64,000 nucleotides of DNA from Octopus bimaculoides (taxonomy: Eukaryota), in the NCBI RefSeq assembly GCF_001194135.2, contig NC_068996.1:23711692-23775691 (forward strand), written 5' to 3'. A program made the translations under genes and the position numbers. The notes under the pieces were generated by a model. The model saw only the letters and a program-made list of their open reading frames with translations. It searched no databases and was not told the DNA's origin. This document shows, piece by piece, positions 39,330-51,540 of the stretch (the stretch's first letter is position 1; each line of letters opens with the position of its first letter).

Positions 39330-39800
39330 TTGGCACTCTTCATCAAGAGATATAGATTTGGTAGAATAAACGCGATGAAAACATGAGTTCTATGGCCCTC
39401 GAGTCACTTTTCTAACTTTCTGCCAATTATAAAAAATTTAAAAAAGATGTTCAGCAATATAAGAATTCAAACCAGTGTATTTCATGTGGAAAATACAGCA
39501 GCAACCTGGACTCTGTCACTTTTTGGTTTATTTTGAAATAGAGTATTCCAAAAGGGGAAACAATTAAAAAAAATTTAACATCTAACTTATTTTTGAATCA
39601 TTCCCCTTGAATCATTCTCCTTTGAATTATCTCCCTTGCTTAGTAGTCTCCATTATCGTGGTTATTGATTTGAATTATCCCCCTGCTCAGAGATCTCTAG
39701 TATACTTTAATTTATTTAAATTATCTCCCCTGTCATCGTTAGTATTAATTTTTAATTCATCGCGATTCGCTGATGAAAGAGCTACAAATTGGTAGTCTTA
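39330..39800. mobile_element. Non-autonomous DNA element with repeated subterminal motif
   Basis: Inverted pairs CTCTTCATCA / TGATGAAAGAG and CGCGATGAA / TTCATCGCG; five copies of T(G/A)AATYATYYCCY at about 39590-39732. Confidence 0.45.
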
Positions 39801-42401
39801 AAGTCCTGCAGAGACTTCTTTAGCCGCATTCGTTTTGTATTAAATTGCTGTCTAGGTCAGGTTTGCCTTTCATCCTATCATGTTTGAAAAAATAAAATAC
39901 CAGTCTAACACTGAGATTGTCTTNNNNNNNNNNNNNNNNNNNNNNNNNNNNNNNNNNNNNNNNNNNNNNNNNNNNNNNNNNNNNNNNNNNNNNNNNNNNN
40001 NNNNNNNNNNNNNNNNNNNNNNNNNNNNNNNNNNNNNNNNNNNNNNNNNNNNNNNNNNNNNNNNNNNNNNNNNNNNNNNNNNNNNNNNNNNNNNNNNNNN
40101 NNNNNNNNNNNNNNNNNNNNNNNNNNNNNNNNNNNNNNNNNNNNNNNNNNNNNNNNNNNNNNNNNNNNNNNNNNNNNNNNNNNNNNNNNNNNNNNNNNNN
40201 NNNNNNNNNNNNNNNNNNNNNNNNNNNNNNNNNNNNNNNNNNNNNNNNNNNNNNNNNNNNNNNNNNNNNNNNNNNNNNNNNNNNNNNNNNNNNNNNNNNN
40301 NNNNNNNNNNNNNNNNNNNNNNNNNNNNNNNNNNNNNNNNNNNNNNNNNNNNNNNNNNNNNNNNNNNNNNNNNNNNNNNNNNNNNNNNNNNNNNNNNNNN
40401 NNNNNNNNNNNNNNNNNNNNNNNNNNNNNNNNNNNNNNNNNNNNNNNNNNNNNNNGTAAATTAAATTTTTTGGGGAAAAAATTGAAATTTCACAAACAAT
40501 TTTTTTTCAGAATCATAATCTCCGTATTTTTGTACATATTTCGCAAAAAAAAACAACAAAAAAACCCCCCAAAATTCCAGAAAAAGTGAAAAAAGAAGAA
40601 ATGGAGGGGGTGGGGAATGGAAATTTTGAAGTTGCGACTCTTGAAAAATTATTTTTCAGAATCAGAATCTCCATAGCCTAAGACGTGAGATTCCATTAAA
40701 AAAAAAAAAAAAGAATTAAAATGTGGAAGGGTTCTGTTTACATCTCTGGCATGTGAGCCATCATCATCATCATTATCATCATCACTTAATGTCTAACCAT
40801 CTTCAGAACTGTGTCATTCCCCAATGTTAACTTTGGCATGGTTTCTGTAGCTGAACATTCTAACCCTAACAGAACCACTTTACAGATTGTACCGGGAGCT
40901 TCTTTTGTAACCTCGGCACTAGTCAGGTCACCAAATTACTTGCATGACAAAATATTAAAAAAAAAAAAAGTAAAAACCCCTTCGACTGAATGAGTGTTTG
41001 AGAGAGAGGGAGGTGGCTTTATATCAAGTGTTGAAGGCTGGAGTATGATATTTGGACAGGCAAAGGTGTCTTGCTGTAGAGAAGATATATGGCTTCCCTG
41101 TAATATATAGGGGTGGGAGTAGCTAGAAGAGAGATAAAGATGGTAGTAAAAGTGTGCCAGAACATACACACAAGGTATAAGAAGAGAAGTATAAAGGAGA
41201 ATATAGACTTGTATTCTCTATAAAACTCTTGAGTGAAAATAGTACTGCTGCTCTTGGCTTCTGCAAAATCTTCAGCCATATATGGCCCAGGAACACTTAA
41301 AACTGGCTCTTTAAGACTTTTGCTCATGGATTAGATGTCAATTATATTAAAAAAAAAAAAATCTATTCATCAGGAGAGAAGGCAGTATTCATGACACTAC
41401 TAGGGCCTCTGAAATTGGTTTGAGGGAGGGAACGTATTCTTAAATTGGATACCTGGCCTGTGTGTTTGTTATGGAGAAGATTCTGCTAAAGGTACCTAAG
41501 ATGCCTGGCAATAGCAGTTAATCGAGGTGACGGATTAAATGTACCACCTAAGCAGACCATGTGCAAAGAACCAAATCAAATATCACAAGGCATCTATTCT
41601 GGTATTTTGTCTGATCCTCTAATGATTCTATGACTGATCTACCGGAGTTTTAATCACCACATTTCTAGTTAGCTTTTTAATTTGGGTATGCAGGCATTTT
41701 GAAAATACTTTACTGAGTGACAACCATACCCTGCATAGTTACAGGCTGCTTTTTGGCAGAGCATAGCAACCATTCAGTCACCTTGCCGGGATACGATGAA
41801 GTCATGGGACTGCAGCATGGTGGATTGTGAAGAGGTAGCAGAAGAGCTCAACTGAGCCAACATTGATGCTGAGCAGAGGAATCTTAGAAGATCAACGGTC
41901 AGTATCAACAAGCTCTATCAAGAGAGTAACTGTGACACATCCATGGTTGTGTAACCAGCTAATGAAAGATTCACGATGACTCAAGCTCTCAATTCAAATT
42001 CATAATTATGGAATTGGATGGTGAAAGAGTCATGGGATTTTTTTGAAACAGCACAACCAAGAAGAAGAGCTTATGACTAACACTCCCTTCTTCACTAATG
42101 ATAGCATTGACTTAACTATCATTCTTTCCCCCACTATGCTTAAAAAAATAAACTACAGCCAACAACAACAAAAAGTGAAATTCAATAAAATGACCACCCA
42201 CTCCAATATGGTTCTGAATACTGTACCCACCCCACCGCCATATTTACATTTGAACAGTGTTATAAACGGACTTATTTTCAGATGTCTCAATTACCTAGTA
42301 AAACATACAAATACTAATTATATCAGTTAAATTAATTATTTAAATAATTATAAACTTTTAACTTATAATTATAATTATCCATTTTTTAAAAACCTGAACA
42401 G

Positions 42402-42566
42402 CAAAAGAGTACTGTTGCTACTGCCAGAGAAATATTCAAAGAACATGGATTTGGTCGGAATGGATTGAATAAAGGATTAACATCAACTTTAGGCCGACAT
42501 GGAATCTTCAACATGATATATTTCAGTCTTTACCATAATGTGAAGAATACATTTCCTGAAACTGAG
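42402..42566 (+). CDS. SLC25A21: SLC25A21 internal coding exon (QKSTVATAREIFKEHGFGRNGLNKGLTSTLGRHGIFNMIYFSLYHNVKNTFPETE)
   Basis: CAG acceptor at 42399-42401, donor GTAAAT at 42567; 165 nt. GLNKGLTSTLGRHG is the ODC-type motif (human GLNKGLTATLGRHG). Confidence 0.95.
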
Positions 42567-43371
42567 GTAAATTTTCATCATTGATTTTTAAAAAGATTAT
42601 ATTTTTACCAAAAATGTAAGTGTGTTGTATTACAAAATATTGGGTGAAATCTTCCTGGAAACCATCCACATGACTAGCTTCTTAGAATCCTGAAAGTGCA
42701 CAAATTTGAGGATGAAGTCATGAATTTCTTCCCAAAGAACAATGAAGAAGTAAGAGACAGTTCTTAATGGTGTCTAACTACAAATAACATGATTGTAAGT
42801 TCTATCTTGACAGAAATATCTTCTGGGATATTTCAAAGTGATAATATATTTGATCATTTTTAAGATGGCAAGCTGGCAGAACATTAGAATGCTGGGCGAA
42901 ATGCTTAGTGATATTTTGTCTGTCTGTACATTCTGAGTTAAATTCCGCTGAGGTTGACTTTGCCTTTCATCTTTTCGGGGTTGGTAAATTAAGTACCAGT
43001 TGCATACTGGGGTTGATCTAATCGACTTGTGCCTAGAGTAGAAAAGAATATATTTGGTTATTACATTATTCTGTGATGACATCTTGGTGAACTTCTTCCA
43101 AAAGAACAATAAAGAAACAGAAGATAGTTTTTATGGCATCCAACAAGACACACCATGGTTATAAGTTCCAGCCTAATTAAAGAAATAAGGAATATCTAAT
43201 GGGATATTTGAAAGTGATAATATTATTTATTTTATTGTACAGGGTAGGCCAAAAGTCAGACACAAAATAAGTTTATTACACTCTGGAATTGTCAATGATA
43301 TACTTCAATTTTTCTAAAATTGAATAAAATAAATAAAGTAATAATGAATACACATGTACATGATGAACAAA

Positions 43372-43409
<38 letters not shown>

Positions 43410-43412
43410 CAG

Positions 43413-43790
43413 TGGAGGCGCAATGGCCCACTGGTTAGGGCAGCGGACTCGCGGTCATAGGATCGCGGTTTCGATTCCCATACTGGGCGTTGTGAGTGTT
43501 TATTGAGCGAAAACACCTAAAGCTCCACGAGGCTCCGGCAGGAGATGGTGGTGAATCCTGCTGTACTCTTTCACCACAACTTTCTCTCACTCTTCCTTCC
43601 TGTTTCTGTTGTGCCTGTAATTCAAAGGGTCAGTCTTGTCACACTGTGTCACGCTGAATATCCCCGAGAATTACGTTAAGGGTACACATGTCTGTGGAGT
43701 GCTCAGCCACTTGCACGTTAATTTCACAAGCAGGCTGTTCCGTTGATCGGATCAACTGGAACCCTCGACGGAGTGCCAACCAACCAACCA
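43413..43790 (+). mobile_element. tRNA-derived SINE, full-length; copies at 46688-46980 (+), 54055-54345 (-) and 54639-55024 (+)
   Basis: tRNA-like head GGAGGCGCAATGGCCCA.TGGTTAGGGCAGCGG...GGTTTCGATTCCC with A- and B-box-like motifs, a body shared across copies and a (CAAC)n/(AAC)n tail. Confidence 0.85.
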
Positions 43791-44132
43791 ACCAACCAAT
43801 AATAATCCTTTCTACTAAAGGAACAAGACCTGAAATTTGTGGGGAGGGAACTAGTCAATTACATAGACGCCAGTGTTTCACTGGTGCTAAATTTATCGAC
43901 CTCAAAAGTATGAATGAGGGACAACCAAACCAATTCATTGTCTTCATGTTGACGTAAAATTTTAAGATACAGATGGTCCACAACTTTAGAGTGTCGTCAG
44001 TATTGTCAAGCAAGTTATTTAAAATAAATGGTGGTGATGGGATGGGGAGGAGTGGTGGTAGTGATGGTAGCAATGGTGGTGATGTTGTGTGAGGTGATAT
44101 AATTTCAACATTTTTTTCTTTTTATTTTATAG

Positions 44133-44314
44133 GACAAAGTTTTGGACTTTTTAAAGAAATTTACTGTGGGCTTTATTTCTGGTGTTCTTGGATCTTGTGC
44201 TAACATTCCATTTGATGTTGCCAAGAGTCGTATCCAGGGCCCTCAGCCAGTTCCCGGTGAAATAAAATATCAGAAATGTTTCCAGTCTATGCACTTGATT
44301 TATAAAGAAGAAGG
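44133..44314 (+). CDS. SLC25A21: SLC25A21 internal coding exon (DKVLDFLKKFTVGFISGVLGSCANIPFDVAKSRIQGPQPVPGEIKYQKCFQSMHLIYKEEG)
   Basis: TAG acceptor, donor GTAAAG at 44315; 182 nt. Third signature PFDVAKSR; IQGPQPVPGEIKY matches vertebrate ODC as recalled. Confidence 0.97.
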
Positions 44315-45329
44315 GTAAAGTTAACATTAATTTATACACTGTAATCTTGTCTTATGTCCAGGGCTTCATCGCTCTTGAAGGAGCAACCTCTACCTGGACT
44401 CCTACCACTGTCTGTCTCTGGTCAGTTGTATCCATGTAGACCCCAGGTATGGGTGAGATTATCTCGCCATCTTGTTTTTGGTTGGCCTCTTAATCTTGTC
44501 CATTGCCTTGGTGTCCATTCTGTCATCCTAATTGTCTATCTTCATTCATGTGATATGGCTACCCCATCTATATTTGTTCTCCTTGATGGTTTTCATGATG
44601 TCTTTGAATCTTGTGTGCTATTAAATCCAGACGTTGAAATGCATTTAGGCAGTGTATATGGCAGAGATGTTAGTGTTGTAAGAAGGCAAGGATGGCTGTG
44701 TAGTTAGGAAGTTTGCTTGGCAGGCATACAGTTCTGATTTCAGTTTCACTGTGCAGTACTTTGAGTAAGTATTTTCTACTATAGCCCCATGCCAACCAAA
44801 TCCTTATGAATTAATTTCGTAGATGGAAACTGTATGAGGCTCATCTTATACGTGTATACTGTTTGTGTGTGTATGTGCATGCATGTGTGTGAGTGTATGA
44901 GAGAGAGTGGGGGGAGATAGTATTTACATTCTTTGACTACATAAGCTACAGTCAGTGTTCTTTGTTTCATTTCTGCATGTCAGCAAATTGTTCTGTGGTT
45001 CTGCACTTCTTAAGATGTACAAATAAAAAAAAAATTTGCTTAAAAAGTATGATAGTGTTAATGACAAAATAGTCATCCAACAGTAAAACAATGCATCGAA
45101 AATACATAATTCATCTCACCCACTGCTTTTCAGTGTGGATGGTACTTTCCCCTAGACAACATTAGAAAATTTTAAATGGATATTGGGGAAAAGAGGGCAT
45201 GATCGAAAAAGGGTAGTAGCATGATGAACACATCTTTTAATTATCTTAATTTTCAAAAACATTATCAATTTTTATTCTCTATGCCAGTCCATTCACCCAT
45301 CCACTTTCTCTGACCACTGTTCTTGGGAG

Positions 45330-45720
45330 GGTCATGGGTGTAAAACTCTCAGGTACCTTCTCTATAGGATCCTATTAGAACCAACCACCTTTACACTTTT
45401 TGGTTGGATTCTCAAGCGTAACCAACTGAGACTATGGATATTATCCAACCATCCCATTCTTGGTCTACCTTTGGGCCTCCTGTGCAGTTGACATGGGTTG
45501 AAGAATCTGTCTTTTGAGTTATTTCTGCAACATTCTAATCACATGTCTGGAGTACTGGAGATATAACCTCTCAATGCAGAGTAGTATGAGCTTGACCTAG
45601 AGAAACTCTCTGATCTCCAAGCTATGCACCTTATTGAGTCATGTTACATCAGTCATCAGGTAATACTAAGTGGTTGACTTAGTATTACTTGATGACTGAT
45701 GTAAGTAGACTGCAAATAGT
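45330..45720 (-). mobile_element. RTE-like LINE 3' fragment; homologous copy at about 52250-52670
   Basis: Shared blocks such as ACTGAGACTATGGATATTATC, TAATCACATGTCTG and CTCAATGCAGAG in both copies. Confidence 0.65.
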
Positions 45721-45978
45721 CTTTTAACAGTGATCAACCTGTCATCAGTAATCAGTACTTTTGTGATGTGTATTTAATTTTGTTGGATTGCAGCAAATGG
45801 CATTGAAAAAGTGTTAGTAAAAAAAGGGGAGTGTTCTGGTCTAATATGTGCTAACCTGGGAAAAAGATGTAAAAATGAATTAAATATACGACAGCCATGG
45901 TTATATATGATCCTTTATGTTCGGAAACTTTATTCAGCCGAATAGCAAGTTTCGATGTTGAACTAGCAGATGCCTTCA

Positions 45979-46544
45979 CCCTTTTGATACCAACCCGCCT
46001 GAGACCACTAATGCTTCCATGATACAAACTTAACTTTTTAGTGTGATCTAAGTTAAAACCTTCTGTGGTGTGATGGAGGAAAAAGACAAGAAGCAAAAGG
46101 ACAGAATGAAACGTTGGACCTTACCTCGTAAACCGCAGCGGAGTAAACAATCGCTCTAGATCAAAACACGTCTTCCTCGTAAGCTCTCTGTCTTCTGACT
46201 GGCCCCATGTGCTGGCATTCGACAGCGTGTGTCCGACTTCCGGTCTGGCTTCACTTCCGTTTGCTTCATCTCTCTTCACCAACAACACATAGCTCATCAC
46301 AGCCCATAACACCACACCTCCCATCAAAATTTCTTGTTAATTTATGTTCCAAATACCAGAATGGACACCAAGACAATGGACAAGATCAAGAGGCCAACCA
46401 AAAACAGGATGGCAAGATAATCTCACCCATATCTGGGGTCTACATGGCTACAACTGGTCAGAGACAGATTAAATTATTCATTAATATCAAAATTAATTAA
46501 AACAAAGGCAGTGTAATTTCTTTAGAAATATAGTAACAAAAGGG
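45979..46544. mobile_element. piggyBac-like non-autonomous element
   Basis: TTCA|CCCTTTTGATACC ... GTAACAAAAGGG|TTAA; the 5' end is shared with 59944-60164. Confidence 0.6.
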
Positions 46545-47534
46545 TTAAATTGTCTTCATCAGCATGTAAATTGTATGCAGTGCTCCCAGTATTAATATAA
46601 AGATTATATCTTATCTCACACAAGTAAATTGGTCAAATTGCTTATATTATTCAAGAACTGTATTTAATATTCACTATTTGTAATGTTTGTGGAGGCACAA
46701 TGGCCCAGTGGTTAGGGCAGCGGACTTGCGGTTGGAAAATCGCAGTTTCAATTCCCAGACTGGGTGTTCTGTGTGCTTATTGAGCGAAAACACCTAAAGC
46801 TCCACGAGGCTCCAGCAGGGGGTGGTGGCAACCCCTGTTGTATTCTTTCGACCCAACTTTCTCTCACTCTTTCTTCCTGTTTCTTGAGTAAAAAGCTGCG
46901 ATGGACTGGCGTCCTGTCCAGCTAGGGGGGAACACATACACCATGGAAACCAGGAAACCGGCCCTATGCTCCACAAGGGGCTGAGAGGATTTCCATTTGT
47001 AATGTTTGTTCCTATGTCAGTTATCAAATCACAATAATTATTAAGATAAGTTCATGTATGGTTTTATTATCAAGAAGTTTGCTTCCTAACTGATGAGGTT
47101 TCAGGTTCAATCTCATTCCGTGACACCTTGGACAAATATCTTCAACTACAGCCCTTGGCTGACCAGTGCCTTGTGGGTGGATTTGGTTAGTGGAAACTGT
47201 GGAAGCCCTTTGTATTTGTAAATATATGTGTGTGTGTTTGTGTATGGTGTGAGTATGTGTGTGTGTGTGTGTGTGTGTGCGCACGCATGAGTTTTTGTGT
47301 CCCCTTGTCTTGACATCACATGGTACTTGTAGATAACTGTCACCATTACACGAGTAGTGTCATACCTTTCCAATTTTCCATGGAAACATGTCCAGCCATT
47401 TAGAAATATCACCACGCTTAGAAACTGCTGAGAATTGGTGACGGGAATGGCATCTGCTTGGATAAAATCTGGCTCAACAAATTTTGCTTGGAAAAGTAAA
47501 TGTTAAAACAATGATAATAATGATGATATTTCTT

Positions 47535-47588
<54 letters not shown>

Positions 47589-47894
47589 CACCCCAAGATA
47601 TATATATCCCAACCACCCAACTTGTAACGAAATTTACATTGCTATGTTTTGAAAATCAGCCACCCAATCAAATTTAAATGCTTATTCGTTGATTTGAATT
47701 ATATCACATAACATTATATTGCATGTACAATCACAATTTTAATTCAGTATTCATCACAATTTTCTGACGAACGGGAAGATGAAACTCTGATTAACAGTTT
47801 TGAGATAATTTTGCAGCTTTAATAAAAATATATTACTTTATCTTTGGTATTCAAGTACTATTTTTTCCACCTTGTTTTGCACTTATGTGCATAC

Positions 47895-47985
<91 letters not shown>

Positions 47986-48219
47986 TATATACAAACATAC
48001 ATATACATGTATATATATATAATTTAATATAGACAGTCGTGTGCAATGTTTTACCAAAAAACGAAAAATATAATTATCACTAAATATGAATAGAGTGTTA
48101 AAACACCTACATTACTAGAAATAAGAGCTAAAAGGCTCTAAATGCTGTAGTTAAAGCACATAATTGTATACATGAGTACTGACAAGGACTGTAATCGCCC
48201 AAAAGCACTGGTCAAGAAT

Positions 48220-48272
48220 TCCCTATACTGATTGGTCAGTTTTGGCTAATTCTGTAGCCTCATCAGTAGGGA
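48220..48272 (-). ncRNA. Type I hammerhead ribozyme motif with G12->A substitution
   Basis: Minus strand reads UCCCUA-CUGAUGA-GGCUA(CAGAAU)UAGCC-AAAA-CUGA(CCAA)UCAG-UA^UAGGGA. Stem I is 6 bp, stem II 5 bp, and stem III is the A-U pair plus 4 bp. GAAA appears as AAAA at 48243, consistent with CpG decay. Confidence 0.75.
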
Positions 48273-48506
48273 CTGCTCAACTCGGCTGATTCCAGACTTG
48301 CTTCTCTGTCAATACATATGTATTCACCATAAAAATCTATGGATGATTTAGTGAATCGCTAATGTGAATACAATAATTTAATATAGACAGCTGTGTGTAA
48401 TTTTCTACCAAAAGGAGAAGCTATAATTGTCACTATATATGTTTATTTCTACATTGCTAGAAATAAGAGCTAAAAACACTAATGCTGTAGTTAAAGTACA
48501 TAACTG

Positions 48507-48555
<49 letters not shown>

Positions 48556-48666
48556 ACACACACACACAAATATATATGTGCGTGTGTATGTAATAAATCA
48601 CTTTTGTCATTCTAATACTTTTAATATTGGTTAATTTCTTAATTTTTGGGTTTTTTTTTGTTTCAG

Positions 48667-48719
48667 ATATTTTGCTCTTTATAAAGGCTTAGTCCCAAAA
48701 GTTCTCCGACTTGGACCAG
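48667..48719 (+). CDS. SLC25A21: SLC25A21 penultimate coding exon (YFALYKGLVPKVLRLGPG)
   Basis: TTTCAG acceptor, donor GTATTT at 48720; 53 nt. Phase 2 start and phase 1 end fit the neighbouring exons. Confidence 0.95.
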
Positions 48720-48789
48720 GTATTTGAAATATATTTTTTGCTTACCTTGTTTTTCCACTGTATATAAATATAAAAATTGTTCATTGTAT

Positions 48790-50170
48790 CAGCAAGGACA
48801 TCAGGATGAGTATGAGATTGGACAAATATGCCAAAGTGTCATTTAGAAGAAGTAAATTAATCAATACTAAAAACACTTCACTCAACATAGACACAGAAAT
48901 CAAAGAATTAGATGACAATTGCCCATACAAGACAAAATAGCTAAAGTACAACACACAGAAATGGAAAAGAAAATTAGGAGAGAATATTATAGAAGAGTTA
49001 GACTAATATTAAACACTGAACTCAATGCTAAAAATAAGATAATAGGGATAAACACACTAGCCATATCAGTCATAAATTACAACTTCAACATAATGAACTG
49101 GAAGATTAGTGAATTGCGAAACTTGGTTAGAAAAACCAGAAAACTTTTAACAGTATACTGAACTCACCACCCCAAAGCAGATACAGACATAATATATCTA
49201 CCCTGCTCAGATGGAGAATGCAGCCTGATACAGATAGAGAACTACTATAGATAACAACAGTTGAACTAAAGAAATACTTAAAAACAAAAAGTGGGTGACT
49301 ACTACTTGTAATAAAGCAACACAAAAAAAAAAAAAAGAAAATGCTTTTCTTTATATACGAGGAAGCAACAAAATACTAAACAAAAACAAACTACACTGAT
49401 ACACTGATTTCAGATGATAACATAGCCAAAATGGTCAAAGAGATAAAAACAACATGAAAATAGAATTACAAAAGACACTGAAGAAGAAACGGAGAGAAAA
49501 GTTACTCAATGGTAAATACCATGCAAGGCTTCACAGATAAGAAGTGAGCCTATGTAAAAGCCAACAATGGCTCAACAATGGCTAAAAGCTGAAATGGAAG
49601 GACTGATTCTTGCTGCACAAGATCAATGCCTAACTACAAACAATTATAAAAGTAAAATAATGAAAACAGGCCCTAACACCAAATGCAGTATGTGCAACCA
49701 GCACAATGAGACAGTTGACCACATCATTTCTGGCTGTCTAGTCCTAGCCAAATCTGAACATATGCAGACATGACTAAGTAGTTATATCCACTGGGCAATA
49801 TGCCAATGCTACAACATTGAAAACTAAGTCACAATCATCTAGCAGATGCCTTTTCAAACTGACTAAGAAATAAAAGCTAATTACTCAGATATAATAATCA
49901 AGGATTGGAAAAAAAACACCTGCTTACTGGTAGACATTGCAGTCCTTTCTGACCAAAATATTGCCCCCAAAAGAAGTGGAGAAGTTGTCAAAGTACAAAG
50001 ACCTCAAAATTGAAGATGTAAGGCATGAAGGTGAAAACAATACTAGTAATAATTGGAGCATCGGGTGTGAACAAAAACGTAGAAGCTACACCTGGACTCT
50101 CAACATTACCCAAAAAATAGCCCTGCTAGGAATAGGCCACATCCTACATATGACACACTCTATACAGTAA
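48790..50170 (+). mobile_element. R4/Dong-like LINE, 3' portion, degenerate
   Basis: EYYRRVRLILNTELNAKNKIIGIN; EGLILAAQDQ; CCHC knuckle CSMCNQHNETVDHIISGC; endonuclease remnant SDIIIKDWKKNTCLLVDIAV...EKLSKYKDL; QKIALLG. Confidence 0.9.
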
Positions 50171-50744
50171 ATATGCAATAAAATAAATAGTCCTTATAAC
50201 ATGTATTCTACAGGCTGGATACCGAACAGAAGAACACAACTTGCACTAATTACACAATACAAACACTAATACAACCAAACCTCATGACATAACAACCTAA
50301 TGCAATACAATACTTGGAAGAGTTTTAACTCCCCCAACAGCAAAAAAGAGCACAATGCTGCACACATCTCAGCAACATGAAGGTGTAGCAAGTGATGCAG
50401 TAGAAATTTGCTTGAAATTATCAAATGTCAAATAATAATAATAACAATGGAATCTCCTGTTGAAGACGATGTATGAGAGTTCAGCTTTTGCCAAATGACC
50501 TACACAAATGATTTGTTTACAGTGATCAAATGTTCGTGGTGCACATTTGCTTACTCTCTTCATCAAATTAACATTGCCTGAACAGGTGCATGGTGTACCA
50601 TGTGTTAAGTGTGGAAATGATCACAGAGCAATGTGAGGTGAAGTGTTTTGCTCAAGAACACAATACACCACCCTGTCTAAGATTTGAAACCATGATCTTA
50701 CAGTTGTAAGTGCAACATCCTAACCACTAGGCTATGTGCCCTCA

Positions 50745-50761
50745 TAATAATGATGATGATG

Positions 50762-50837
<76 letters not shown>

Positions 50838-50847
50838 TGATGATGAT
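50745..50847. repeat. (AAT)n/(GAT)n microsatellite, representative of many: (TTC)n 16760-16815, (CA)n 17742-17795, (GT)(CA)(TA) 19175-19310, (TGGC)n 25590-25650, (TA)n 63800-63858
   Basis: Direct observation; these explain the poly-N, HT, YI and VC repeat ORFs in the track. Confidence 0.95.
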
Positions 50848-50980
50848 TTCAAATTTTGGCACAAAGCCAGGAATTTCAGGGGAGGGGGTAAGTCGATTAT
50901 ATTGACCCCAGTACTCTACTGGTACTTATTTTATCAACCTCAAAAGGATGAAAGGCAAAGTCAATCTTATGAGAATTTGA

Positions 50981-51018
<38 letters not shown>

Positions 51019-51305
51019 TAAGCGGAATGGGTTACTCGACCTGAAGAAAACTCTAAGTGGACCTCACCTGCAAGGTGTTTATGTTGATATGAAATTGTCG
51101 TGCATATATGGTTGTGATGCATTACCTGGTGTACCCTTATCAGATGGGTATATTTTACCCAAGTGCCACTTTGATGGCATATGCTGCTCTCTCATTAAAT
51201 TATAATAAAAATTAAATATGATAATAATAGTGATATTTAAATTTAAAAAAAAAAACAAATAAATGGAAAGTATTTCTGTTAACTGCGTTTTCTGTCTTTT
51301 TCCAG

Positions 51306-51367
51306 GTGCTGCCATAATGATGATTGTCTATGAGCATGTCTTTGACTGGCTGAAGAAATTTATCTAA
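51306..51367 (+). CDS. SLC25A21: SLC25A21 last coding exon (G-AAIMMIVYEHVFDWLKKFI*)
   Basis: TCCAG acceptor after a pyrimidine tract; H6 helix; TAA at 51365-51367. Confidence 0.93.
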
Positions 51368-51540
51368 TCTTAGATTTATATTCTCAATATTTTTATAATT
51401 ATTCCGTGACAAATCCCTATTTTTTTTCTAAATGGTGATTGATTTATTCCTCCTTTTTGCTGAATCTTTGCGTACCAGTTCCACTTTACTCAGGGATCAG
51501 TTTATTCCAGTGCTAATTTATTTGGGGATTATCTCACACA

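Noticed and set aside
42241-42320. Frame reading IFTFEQCYKR, resembling the missing FFTFEQYK exon
   Set aside because: No AG acceptor at the right place, wrong position in exon order, and the downstream sequence does not match; treated as chance.
43413-43485. tRNA-like sequences at SINE heads
   Set aside because: No complete cloverleaf or acceptor stem; they continue into a shared SINE body, so they are not tRNA genes.
47760-47795. CTGACGA-ACGGGAAGAT-GAAAC-TC, possible minimal hammerhead relic
   Set aside because: Neither stem II nor stem I pairs; too degenerate to support.
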